From Spirochaetia bacterium (lineage in GTDB: Bacteria > Spirochaetota > Spirochaetia > WTKD01 > G963693115): a stretch of 64,000 bases of DNA. Location: positions 16,083-80,082 of the forward strand of contig CBDCGX010000032.1 in the NCBI GenBank assembly GCA_965216965.1, in the 5' to 3' direction. Position 1 is the stretch's first letter, and each line of letters opens with the position of its first letter. The position numbers and the translations under genes are program-made. The notes under the pieces are model-generated. The model saw only the letters and a program-made list of their open reading frames with translations. It searched no databases and was not told the origin of the DNA. Below are positions 10,508 through 19,957 of the stretch, in pieces.

Positions 10508-10597
10508 GTGCCTTGTGGTAGAAAAAGAAAACGAAAGAAAATATCAAAACACAAATATAAAAAGAAGCTCAGACAGAACAGACATAAAAAGAAATAG
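10508..10597 (+). CDS. 29-aa very basic peptide, bS22-like (AURKAIP1/COX24-type small ribosomal protein); absent from the ORF track
   Basis: A GTG start lies 7 nt after AGGTGG. Translation (V/M)PCGRKRKRKKISKHKYKKKLRQNRHKKK*. The pattern RKR-K-(I/M)SK-K-(H/Y)-KKL-R-R resembles bS22 as I remember it. Confidence 0.55.
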   Translation: MPCGRKRKRKKISKHKYKKKLRQNRHKKK

Positions 10598-10630
10598 TTT
10601 TAGTCTAATTGTGTAAGGTTATGTGCAGCT

Positions 10631-11440
10631 ATGTTTAATAACTTACTTTCTCTTGATATCTTACAGACCTTACGACCTGTGCTAGATATTTTCGTTCTAA
10701 GTCTCATTACTTATTTTATATATAGGTTGTTTCATAATCTAAAATCTCCTGCACTTGTTAATTTCATACTATTTGTGTTTTTTATATATGGAGTGGCTGC
10801 ATTCTTACGTCTTTCTACGGTTTTATGGGTTTTTAATAATATTATTGGATGGCTTGTTATAGGGGGGCTCATAATTTTTCACCCCGAATTGCGCGCATTA
10901 ATATCTCACATAAATTATAATACTATTTTTTCACCTAAATCAGTAAATAAAAATATTCCTAACTTAGAGTATGTATCTAAAGCACTGTATTTACTCATGC
11001 ATGTAAAAAGAGGGGCAATCTTAGTATTCCCACGCTCTATAAATTTAGATAGTATTATTACTACTCGTATAGAAATTGATGCGATAATTAGTCCAGAAGT
11101 TATACAAACAATTTTTTCACATGATACTTCTTTGCATGATGGAGCAATTATAATAGAAGGTAGGCGAGTACGGTATGCAGGATGCTATTTGCCTATAGAA
11201 GGTGGTACGGAACTGCCTCCTGAGCTTGGCTCACGTCATAGGTCTGCAGTAACGCTTACTAGGAATAGCGATGCGGTTGTGATTGTTCTTTCGGAGCAAC
11301 ATTCGGTTATTTCGCTTGCATTTGAAGGAAAGCTATTATACGATATTGGAGTAAAAAAAACATGTGATTATGTTATGTATCTTCTTCAGAATGAAAGCAT
11401 AAACGTGTCATGGATGGAAGATTTACAAGAAGAGCAGTAG
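10631..11440 (+). CDS. cdaA: Diadenylate cyclase CdaA
   Basis: Three N-terminal TM helices, then a DisA_N domain: HDGAIIIEG..AGCYLP..LGSRHRSAV..SDAVVIVLSEQ. Confidence 0.92.
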   Translation: MFNNLLSLDILQTLRPVLDIFVLSLITYFIYRLFHNLKSPALVNFILFVFFIYGVAAFLRLSTVLWVFNNIIGWLVIGGLIIFHPELRALISHINYNTIFSPKSVNKNIPNLEYVSKALYLLMHVKRGAILVFPRSINLDSIITTRIEIDAIISPEVIQTIFSHDTSLHDGAIIIEGRRVRYAGCYLPIEGGTELPPELGSRHRSAVTLTRNSDAVVIVLSEQHSVISLAFEGKLLYDIGVKKTCDYVMYLLQNESINVSWMEDLQEEQ

Positions 11441-11445
11441 GCATT

Positions 11446-12396
11446 ATGGCAAAGAAAAAGAAACAACATTATGTATTAGAGTATCTTATTTCACTTTCGA
11501 TTGCTATTGCAATATATTTGTTTTTTACGCTTATTGTGAATGTAGAAGAAAAGTATTTTATCATACCGCTGTCTATTAATGTACACCCTGATTATATTAT
11601 TATGGATGATACTATTCCACGGTCTGTAGAAATCACTGTGCGAGGTAATCCAGCATCGTTAAATAGAATAGCAGAAGATAATATTACAGCCTTTGTAGAT
11701 TTTAGTGTTATAAATACAGAAGGGGAAATAGATGCGAGGATCTCTGTGCAACGGTTGGGAGTGTTAGCTCAAATGGATAATGTAGAAGTATATGTGCTTC
11801 CTAAAAATATAAATACAAGAGTGGAAAAGAAAGTTGAGAAAGTAGTAAGAATAATTCCTTCTTTTATAAATTCACTTCCAAGGGGATATACTCTTAAAGA
11901 TTATTATGTATTACCTCAAAGTATTAAAGTTCAAGGTCCACGATCGCTTATAGAAGAACTTACAAGTGTTGATACAACAACTATTGAGCTTGATAGCATT
12001 ACAAAAGATGTCTCTATTAGCAAACAAATTAAGACTCCTCATCCACTTATATCAATTATTGGAAACCAGAATGCGAAAGTGAGGGTTGCTGTAGAACAAT
12101 CTGTATTTGTTCGGAATTTTAAAGTAATTCCTGAACCAGTAGGAATAAACAAACAACTTAAAGTAGATATTACACTTTCTTTTGTTAATATTTCTTTGCA
12201 AGGGTTTTCTGATAGCCTTGATACATATGCTCCCAAAGTATTCTTTGATCTTTCTCCATATCAACTTCCTGGTGTATATACGGTGGATTTTTATACACAA
12301 GATCAGAAAGGAATAGAACTTATATCCATAGAACCTTCTACGGTGACAGTTGCACTAAAAAGAATAGAGGCCAAAGACAATACAAATGAAAGATAA
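11446..12396 (+). CDS. cdaR: CdaR/YbbR-domain regulator of CdaA
   Basis: Immediately downstream of cdaA. One N-terminal TM helix followed by repeated YbbR-like beta-rich modules. ATG at 11446 chosen (MAKKKKQHY) rather than 11410, which overlaps cdaA. Confidence 0.8.
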   Translation: MAKKKKQHYVLEYLISLSIAIAIYLFFTLIVNVEEKYFIIPLSINVHPDYIIMDDTIPRSVEITVRGNPASLNRIAEDNITAFVDFSVINTEGEIDARISVQRLGVLAQMDNVEVYVLPKNINTRVEKKVEKVVRIIPSFINSLPRGYTLKDYYVLPQSIKVQGPRSLIEELTSVDTTTIELDSITKDVSISKQIKTPHPLISIIGNQNAKVRVAVEQSVFVRNFKVIPEPVGINKQLKVDITLSFVNISLQGFSDSLDTYAPKVFFDLSPYQLPGVYTVDFYTQDQKGIELISIEPSTVTVALKRIEAKDNTNER

Positions 12397-12446
12397 TTGA
12401 TAATGTAAAGATTACATATATTTCTAAAAATAGATATACTTAATAT

Positions 12447-12836
12447 GTGCTTGTTGGAATAGGATGTGATATAGTATTAATAAAGAGGCTTGACAGGTGG
12501 ATGAGAAAAAAATCGCTTTTAGAACGATATTTTACACGTGATGAGATAAAGAGTTTATGTCATGATACCACTTATGTTGCAAATAAGAGACGATATTATT
12601 CATTGCAAAGGCTTGCAGGTTTTTTTGCTGCAAAGGAAGCTTATATGAAGTCTGTAGAGAATACGGCAATACAACTAAAAGATATTGTTATTGAATTGCA
12701 AGCAAATGGTTCTCCTAGGCTTCGACTTGAAAGAAGTGCAAAAAAAGCACTTATTGCAAAGAATGGAAAACATACTCTATTATCTATTTCGCATGATGAA
12801 GAATATGTTGTAGCAATGGTAGTTATAGGGGCGTAA
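12447..12836 (+). CDS. acpS: Holo-[acyl-carrier-protein] synthase
   Basis: (GTG)LVGIGCDIV..FFAAKEAYMKS..ISHDEEYVVAMVVI are classic AcpS motifs; 129 aa. Confidence 0.9.
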   Translation: MLVGIGCDIVLIKRLDRWMRKKSLLERYFTRDEIKSLCHDTTYVANKRRYYSLQRLAGFFAAKEAYMKSVENTAIQLKDIVIELQANGSPRLRLERSAKKALIAKNGKHTLLSISHDEEYVVAMVVIGA

Positions 12837-12837
12837 T

Positions 12838-13749
12838 ATGGGAGATGGCATGATAATGTTAGATGAGATAACAAAAGGACAAAAACCTGATATTAGAGAT
12901 GGTAATACGTTCTTTTCAAGTAAGCCGATTGAATGTCCTTCATGTGAGAATGAAGTATATCAAGAAAGTATTTTAAGTGGAAAAGGGCGACTAGATGCTG
13001 GGGAACTCAGAGAAGATCTTTATAGAAACTATAATGTTACAGAAGAGTTTGGTAATATGTATCCCTTTTTGTATGCTGTTACTACATGTCCAAAATGTTT
13101 ATATACAACGTTTTCAAAAGATTTCTTAGTAATACATAAAAGAAATAAAAAAACACTTTTTCACTCAGATATGATACATAAACGAAAGAAAACACTTTCT
13201 TTCTTGTTTAAGAAAATACCTGATTTTAAACAAAAAAAAGACATAATGTCTGCGTTTGCTTCATACTTGCTTGCGATGGATACATATAATGAAATACGAA
13301 GTAGAGATTCTCCAAGTATACGTATGGCAATATGCTCTCTGCGATCAGCATGGATTGCAAAGATCTTAGAGGAACATAAATATGGGGATTTTATGAAAAC
13401 GCTTAAAGATATATTTTATAGAAAATCGTATTTTTTCTATAAACGATCTTTGCAATATGATACGATTGGAAAAGAATCTCTAGGAAATATATGGAGTTTA
13501 GGACCAGATATAGATAAAGATTATGGTTACGAAGGAGTTGTATACCTTCTCGCGTGGTATGTTGTAAAATATGAAAGTTTAAATGATCCTACTCAAAGAA
13601 GAAATGAGTTGCAAAAAGCACGTACAAATTTAAGTAAAGTTTTTGGGTTTGGAAAGGCATCCAGAGAAAAACCGAGTATATTGCTTTCCATTGCGCGGGA
13701 CGTATTTGATAAAACCGAAAAAGAAATGCATGCAATTCTATTGGAATGA
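12838..13749 (+). CDS. DUF2225 family zinc-ribbon protein
   Basis: CPSCENEV...CPKCLYTTFSKDF zinc-ribbon pair followed by a helical C-terminal half, as in DUF2225. Confidence 0.7.
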   Translation: MGDGMIMLDEITKGQKPDIRDGNTFFSSKPIECPSCENEVYQESILSGKGRLDAGELREDLYRNYNVTEEFGNMYPFLYAVTTCPKCLYTTFSKDFLVIHKRNKKTLFHSDMIHKRKKTLSFLFKKIPDFKQKKDIMSAFASYLLAMDTYNEIRSRDSPSIRMAICSLRSAWIAKILEEHKYGDFMKTLKDIFYRKSYFFYKRSLQYDTIGKESLGNIWSLGPDIDKDYGYEGVVYLLAWYVVKYESLNDPTQRRNELQKARTNLSKVFGFGKASREKPSILLSIARDVFDKTEKEMHAILLE

Positions 13750-13796
13750 GCATTTGTATGTTAGTTGGTCTTACCTAGAAAGTTGTAACTATATCT

Positions 13797-14597
13797 ATGG
13801 AAAGAATACTTTTATGTATTAGTTATAGTGGGAAAAGATTTAATGGCTTTCAGCTGCAACAGGATGTACGCACAGTTCAGGGGGTATTAGAAAATGCAAT
13901 AACAGCCATATATGGATATCCTATACGGATACATGCGGCTGGACGCACGGATACCGCTGTTCATGCATTGAGGCAGTATGTACATTTTGATATTACTACA
14001 AAAAGCCCTATACCTATTGAACGACTCTATATGTTACTTAATTCAAAGTTAGATGCTGATATACGAGTTGAATATTCTAGAAAAGTAGATGAAGATTTTC
14101 ATTCAAGATATAGTGCTATAAAGCGGACTTACTGTTATAGCATGTATCCGTGTATAACTCTTCCTGCCCCTTATAGCGATATTACGGTAGGGGTGCCGCT
14201 TTTGATGAATTGGAAATTGTTTTTGCAAGAAGCAAAAAAATGTATAGGTACTCATGATTTTGCTTTGTTTACTGTTGGAGTAGATCAACAGACTTCTACA
14301 ATACGATCTATACATGATGTTGCTCTCATATATAGGGAACCCTTCTTCCATTTTTATATAAGTGCCAATGGATTTTTATGGAAAATGGTACGCAATATAG
14401 TAGGGTTTTTAATACGTAAGGCATCACAAAAAAGATGTCATGTTTCAATCCAGGATGTACTTTCTACTTCTTCTGCTTTATATGCATTGCAAAAGAAAAA
14501 ATTCATAACACCCGCACAACCTCAAGGACTTTACTTATATGAGGTACAATATAAACATGAGTATGGGTTATTGTACAGATCAATTCCTTTGGAGTAA
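13797..14597 (+). CDS. truA: tRNA pseudouridine(38-40) synthase TruA
   Basis: YSGKRFNGFQLQ..HAAGRTDTAVHALRQYVHFD (catalytic Asp motif) ..FLWKMVRNIVG. Confidence 0.92.
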   Translation: MERILLCISYSGKRFNGFQLQQDVRTVQGVLENAITAIYGYPIRIHAAGRTDTAVHALRQYVHFDITTKSPIPIERLYMLLNSKLDADIRVEYSRKVDEDFHSRYSAIKRTYCYSMYPCITLPAPYSDITVGVPLLMNWKLFLQEAKKCIGTHDFALFTVGVDQQTSTIRSIHDVALIYREPFFHFYISANGFLWKMVRNIVGFLIRKASQKRCHVSIQDVLSTSSALYALQKKKFITPAQPQGLYLYEVQYKHEYGLLYRSIPLE

Positions 14598-14609
14598 TAT
14601 ATAGTTCGC

Positions 14610-15314
14610 ATGCAAATTATTGATAATAAGAGAAATTATAAGAATTCTTTAGAAAAGATAATACAAGACGCAATAGATATGCTTAAATATGGATTTATTT
14701 ATAATAGGAAAGACAAGAGAGAGGGGAATGTGTCGGGTGAATCGCTAGATGACATTGTAGATAAGGTGAAGAATTGTAACAGGTGTGCATTGCATTCTAT
14801 GCGTACCCATGCAGTTCCAGGCGAAGGAGTTAAGAATCCTATTGTTATGGTAGTTGGTGAGGCACCTGGTGCTATGGAGGATAAAAAAGGTCTTCCTTTT
14901 GTTGGACCTGCGGGAGAATATTTAGATACATGGCTTGCAGCAATTTCGCTTTATAGAACGAAGAATATATTTATAACAAATGTTGTGAAATGTCGCCCCA
15001 AAAACAACAGGGACCCTATGCCCCATGAATATGAGGCTTGCAATATGTTTTTGATGCGACAAGTGGAAATACTAGCTCCTACATGCATCCTTGCAGTAGG
15101 GAGAATTGCGGGTCGTATTCTTTGTGAAAAAGACGAAACTACAACGCTTGCGAGTATGAGAGGGACTATGTATAAATATTTACATATTCCTATATTTGTA
15201 ACATACCATCCTAGTGCAGTTTTACGTAGAAATACTTTACGAAAATATGTCTGGGAAGATTTGAAGAGGATGCAAAGATATCTTAGAGATCATGAGCCTA
15301 AGTATACGAAGTAA
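14610..15314 (+). CDS. Uracil-DNA glycosylase, family 4
   Basis: CNRCALH..VGEAPGAMEDKKGLPFVGPAGEYL..ITNVVKCRP..TYHPSAVLR. Confidence 0.9.
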   Translation: MQIIDNKRNYKNSLEKIIQDAIDMLKYGFIYNRKDKREGNVSGESLDDIVDKVKNCNRCALHSMRTHAVPGEGVKNPIVMVVGEAPGAMEDKKGLPFVGPAGEYLDTWLAAISLYRTKNIFITNVVKCRPKNNRDPMPHEYEACNMFLMRQVEILAPTCILAVGRIAGRILCEKDETTTLASMRGTMYKYLHIPIFVTYHPSAVLRRNTLRKYVWEDLKRMQRYLRDHEPKYTK

Positions 15315-15318
15315 CCGC

Positions 15319-17337
15319 ATGCCATATTATCAATTAGTATTTAACAAACCCCAGATAGATTCTTATACATACTACTCAGAAATATCCATACCAATTCTTG
15401 CTCGGGTAGAAGCATATTTATTATCAAAAAAATACATTGCAATTGTTATTGAAGAGACAGATCCTCATAAAATATCTATTCTTTTACAGAAGGATATCCG
15501 TATAAAAACTATTCAACGGGTGATAGATAATAATCCTTTGCTTACTATAGAACAACTTAAACTTGCTCAATGGATGAGTAAATACTATGTTACATCTTTA
15601 GGAGAATGCTTATTTACCATACTTCCATCTGCACAAAGAGAAGTTGTTTTTGTTCCTTCTCAATCTAAGATAGGAGAATTTGCTAATAAGGCTCCAGTTC
15701 TTACGGAAGATCAAGAATCTGGAGTTCAGGAAATACTTAAAGAATATAAAAAAGAGAAGAAGAGACATATATACATAAGTGGAATTACTGGATCTGGAAA
15801 AACAGAAGTGTTTTTGAAGTCTGCACAGTATATGATACAGCAGGGGAAACAAGTAATATATCTTGTTCCCGAGATATCTCTTGTAATACAAAATTATTTA
15901 TTGTTTTGTAAACGATTTGGAAAAGACAACGTAGCAATACTTCATTCAGGCTTAACCTCTTCGCAGAGACTTAAAGAATGGAATAGAATAGCATGTGGAG
16001 ATGCACATATTATATTGGGAGTACGAAGTGCAATATTTGCTCCTGTGAAAAAGTTATCTCTTATTGTAATAGATGAAGAACATGACACATCATATAAATC
16101 AAATTCTGCACCACGATATCATGCGAGACAGGTTGCTTTTAAAAGAGCACTATTGCACAATGCTATTGTAGCAATGGCATCGGCAACGCCATCGCTTGAG
16201 AGTTATTATCATATAAAAAATGGAAATTTTGTTTCGTACCATCTTTCTAAAAGGGTTGGGGGAGGCGTTATGCCTCATATACAAATAGTTCCAATGAATC
16301 ATACAATAGGGTGTATATCTCCCGTGTTAAAGAGTGAGATGCATAATACCCTTAAAAAAGGGAAACAGGTTTTATTACTTTTAAATAGACGAGGATTTTC
16401 AAATACATTTTTATGTGAACATTGTGGAAGTGTTATTCATTGTCCGCATTGCTCTGTACATCTTGTATATCATAAAGAGAAAAATGAGAGGAAATTATGC
16501 TGTCATCATTGTGGTCATAAAGAAGTAATTCCAGATTTTTGCCCTTCTTGTGGTTATGTTAAGTTAAAAGTAAAGGGATGGGGAACTCAAAGAGTTGAGG
16601 AGGAGCTAAAAAAAATACTTCCACAATACGTCATAGGACGTCTTGATTCTGATGTGTTGGTAGACAAAAAAGGGACTGAAAAAATACTAGAATCTTTTTA
16701 CAAGAAGGATATACACATCCTTATAGGAACGCAAATGATTGCAAAAGGAATGAATTTTCCTTCTCTACAACTTGTAGGGGTGCTTTTTGCAGATGGGATG
16801 TTTTCTTTGCCTGATTTTAGGGCTAATGAAAGAGCATTTTCTTTACTTACCCAAGTATCTGGTCGATCGGGGCGGTTTTATTCAGATGGAAAAGTAATCA
16901 TACAGACATTTATGAATAACAACCCATTACTTGATGCTTTAGTTCAAAACAAACAAGATGATTTTTATGATCAAGAACTTGATCGTAGAAAAATGTTTTC
17001 ACTTGTTCCTTTTTGTAGAATAATGAGGCTTGTTTTTAGGGGGAAGAATGAGGATAAGGTTTCTCGTATTGCTTCTGATTTTATGCAAGAGGTACAGTCT
17101 TTTGTAAAAGAAAGCGATAAAGATTGGAGCTCTCATTTTACTATAGTGGGTCCTACAGCATGTGCTATTTCAAAACTTGCCCAACAATATAGAATTCATG
17201 TACTATTAAGTTCTCAAAGTCAGAAAACACTTGTAACATTGGTGCGATCTGTACTTATAGAAAAGAAATTTCAAAGAAAAACCAATTCGCAATCTGTGTA
17301 TGTAGAGATAGATCCTGATCCGCAATGGCTTATGTAA
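15319..17337 (+). CDS. priA: Primosomal protein N' (replication restart helicase PriA)
   Basis: Walker A GITGSGKTEV, DEEHD box, Cys-rich zinc region CEHCGSVIHCPHCSVHLVYH..CHHCGH..CPSCG. Start taken at MPYYQLVF. Confidence 0.93.
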   Translation: MPYYQLVFNKPQIDSYTYYSEISIPILARVEAYLLSKKYIAIVIEETDPHKISILLQKDIRIKTIQRVIDNNPLLTIEQLKLAQWMSKYYVTSLGECLFTILPSAQREVVFVPSQSKIGEFANKAPVLTEDQESGVQEILKEYKKEKKRHIYISGITGSGKTEVFLKSAQYMIQQGKQVIYLVPEISLVIQNYLLFCKRFGKDNVAILHSGLTSSQRLKEWNRIACGDAHIILGVRSAIFAPVKKLSLIVIDEEHDTSYKSNSAPRYHARQVAFKRALLHNAIVAMASATPSLESYYHIKNGNFVSYHLSKRVGGGVMPHIQIVPMNHTIGCISPVLKSEMHNTLKKGKQVLLLLNRRGFSNTFLCEHCGSVIHCPHCSVHLVYHKEKNERKLCCHHCGHKEVIPDFCPSCGYVKLKVKGWGTQRVEEELKKILPQYVIGRLDSDVLVDKKGTEKILESFYKKDIHILIGTQMIAKGMNFPSLQLVGVLFADGMFSLPDFRANERAFSLLTQVSGRSGRFYSDGKVIIQTFMNNNPLLDALVQNKQDDFYDQELDRRKMFSLVPFCRIMRLVFRGKNEDKVSRIASDFMQEVQSFVKESDKDWSSHFTIVGPTACAISKLAQQYRIHVLLSSQSQKTLVTLVRSVLIEKKFQRKTNSQSVYVEIDPDPQWLM

Positions 17338-17454
17338 AAAAAATATAGACAAAATAGAAAAAAGTTCTTATACTAATAAAAGTAGGAAGATAGTATCTGT
17401 GCTTCTTGTATTGGTATTTTCGTAAATGATACTAAAATAAAATGGAGAGAATAT

Positions 17455-18150
17455 ATGAATTCACATAATATTTTAACAACGCAGCAATTGCGTGTAAAAA
17501 GTATACTCAAAAACACTTATTTATGGATGTCTTTTGGGCTTATACTTACAGGAATTGTAGCACTTATGTCTGCATCTTCAAATCTTGTCGTTGCAATGCA
17601 ACGATCACAATTCATGCTTTTTGGACTTATAATTATAGAGTTTGGGCTTGTGTTTTATTTAAGTGCACGAATTATGACAATGAAAGCTACTAATGCCGCA
17701 TTATTGTTTATAGTATATTCAATATTGAATGGAGTTACGCTTTCAATAATCTTTCTTGTATATACAAAACAGAGTATATATCAGGCTTTCTTTGTTGCGG
17801 GCGGAGCTTTTGCAGGAATGAGCGTATATGCAATGACAACAAAGAAAGATCTTACAGGTATGGGAAAATATCTCATTATGGGCTTGTGGGGTCTTATTGT
17901 TATGTCTTTACTTAATATATTTATTCCTTCTTCGGGCTTTACTAATTTAATATCGCTAGTAGGCCTTTTATTGTTTCTAGGGCTTACTGCGTACGATACC
18001 CAAATTATAATGAAATGGAGCAATGAATATACTGATACTGCAAGCGATGAGAATTATCTTAGAATATCAATTTTAGGTGCGCTAAAATTATATCTTGATT
18101 TCATAAATATATTTTTATTCCTTCTTCGTTTTATGGGAAGAAGACAATAA
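17455..18150 (+). CDS. Bax inhibitor-1/YccA family membrane protein
   Basis: Seven TM segments and the family C-terminus ..ALKLYLDFINIFLFLLRFMG. Confidence 0.88.
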   Translation: MNSHNILTTQQLRVKSILKNTYLWMSFGLILTGIVALMSASSNLVVAMQRSQFMLFGLIIIEFGLVFYLSARIMTMKATNAALLFIVYSILNGVTLSIIFLVYTKQSIYQAFFVAGGAFAGMSVYAMTTKKDLTGMGKYLIMGLWGLIVMSLLNIFIPSSGFTNLISLVGLLLFLGLTAYDTQIIMKWSNEYTDTASDENYLRISILGALKLYLDFINIFLFLLRFMGRRQ

Positions 18151-18219
18151 ACGAGTTGTATGTATTGGTAAAAAAACATATTTTATTTACTATAGCATAT
18201 AGTAAATGACGGGAAAATT

Positions 18220-18712
18220 ATGCCATTAGAAAAACATATTGCGAAAGCTTTTAATCTAAGGGGTAATAATTGGTTGAAACATGCAACCCCTTGGTCTATT
18301 TGGACAAGATTTGCGACCTTGCCTTTTAAAATTTTAGCAATTTGGTCTCGGGCTTGGATAAGTTGGTATAGTGGTATTCCGATTTTTATTCTTATCTTTT
18401 GGCTTGCAATGAATCCAAATCTTTTTAAGAAGCCTATATCTTTTAATAATTGGGGTTCAAAATCTGTGCTTGGAGAAAAATTCTGGTCTGAGAGAAAACA
18501 TAATCCTGTTCCCGAATATCACAAAACACTTATTACGATTCTTACTATTTTACAAGGGGGTAGGGACAATTATCTTGGCTATTGGTTTATGGAAACTTGA
18601 TATATACCTTGTTATTATTGGAACAATAATCGTTTATTTCTCAAAGATGTGGTTTTTAGACAGGATGGTATGGATATATGAGGAGATGAGTGTACAAGTG
18701 CCTAACAAATAA
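18220..18712 (+). pseudogene. Membrane protein of unknown function, split by a +1 frameshift in a G5 run
   Basis: ORFs 18220..18600 and 18470..18712 overlap in different frames. Removing one G from GGGGG (18556-18560) joins ..TILTILQG to VGTIILAIGLWKLDIYLVIIG.. as one hydrophobic protein. Confidence 0.6.
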
Positions 18713-18774
18713 GCCCTATTTCTAATTTTCTCTATTGCTAATTATTTTTTATTTCAAAGAAACTATATTTTGTG

Positions 18775-19833
18775 TTAAGAACATATGCTTTTGATATAGT
18801 CATATGGTCTTTGTTTGTAGGCTTTTTTTATTTTTTTGTTGTTTATGAGTAATTTTGTTTCTTGTATAAAACGAGAAATTGACATACATCGGAGATATGC
18901 ATCTTCAAATAGTGATGTGTTCTCTTCATATATAGATATAAGAGCAAAGAAGGCATTGTTATATTTTGTAAAATTTATATTTTTATAGATATCTGTGGCA
19001 AAAAGCGAATCATAATTTTTTTCAAAAGAATCTTGGAATGTTTTGAGTATTTCTTTTTTCTGAGATAGTTTTTCTTCTTCGGTTAGGTTATTATCGCTAT
19101 ACATAGCGTTGAGTGTGTCTTTTATTTCTAAAAGGAGTTTCCTAAATATTACAGATTCTTTTTCGTGTATTTTTCTTTCTTTATATTGGTCTGAGTTACG
19201 TCCGTATTTTTTAGTAATATATTCTTCTGCACCTTTTCTTCCAATAAACGTTGCAAGTTGTTCGTTAAAAGAGCTTTGTTTTTTTAGCCATATGGTGGCA
19301 TGTACTTGTTCGTGTATAAGCGTTTCTGCGAGATCATATTCGCTATAGAGTTTCATAAAGGAGTAGAGGGGGTCAGGAAGTACACCTAGTGTGCTAAATG
19401 CCCGTACGCCGCGAATATAGGTGTCGTATCCTTTTTTTTGTAGTTTTTTTGCTTCTTGCTTTGCATCATCTAATATATAAAACCCTCTATAAGGGAGGCG
19501 TCCGACAAAAGGATACGGCCAATGATAAGCTTCTATTTTTGTTTTGGGTGATGCTTGAAGTACAGATAAAAGATAATTCCTATTGAGTTCTACATACCGT
19601 GTGTAACTTTTTCCTAAGTTAAGAGAAAATGTATCTTTGGAAAAACTTCGTATTTCTTGCACATGTTGTAATAATTGTCTCGTTTCATTTGGAAGCATAG
19701 AGTCTTTGAGGAGAGTGTTTATTTTTTTCCCCGAGTAAGAATAATTAAGAAGATAATATCCCTGCGTTGTGTAGTAACACGAACCTAAAAAAAGAATAAT
19801 AGGCATTGCAAAAAGAATGAGGATATATTTCAT
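18775..19833 (-). CDS. Putative zinc aminopeptidase lipoprotein (DUF2265-type)
   Basis: Signal plus lipobox LFLGSC; HExxH motif in LIHEQVHAT; overall family resemblance. Confidence 0.7.
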   Translation of the reverse strand: MKYILILFAMPIILFLGSCYYTTQGYYLLNYSYSGKKINTLLKDSMLPNETRQLLQHVQEIRSFSKDTFSLNLGKSYTRYVELNRNYLLSVLQASPKTKIEAYHWPYPFVGRLPYRGFYILDDAKQEAKKLQKKGYDTYIRGVRAFSTLGVLPDPLYSFMKLYSEYDLAETLIHEQVHATIWLKKQSSFNEQLATFIGRKGAEEYITKKYGRNSDQYKERKIHEKESVIFRKLLLEIKDTLNAMYSDNNLTEEEKLSQKKEILKTFQDSFEKNYDSLFATDIYKNINFTKYNNAFFALISIYEENTSLFEDAYLRCMSISRFIQETKLLINNKKIKKAYKQRPYDYIKSICS

Positions 19834-19957
19834 ACTGCATTAAGTGTACCATATATATACTATTTGCATTTATAAAATGAATATTTTTCAATTATATTAG
19901 GGTAAGGAATAGTATAATTATAGTAACCGTTTCTAAGGATATATAAATTGTAATATT

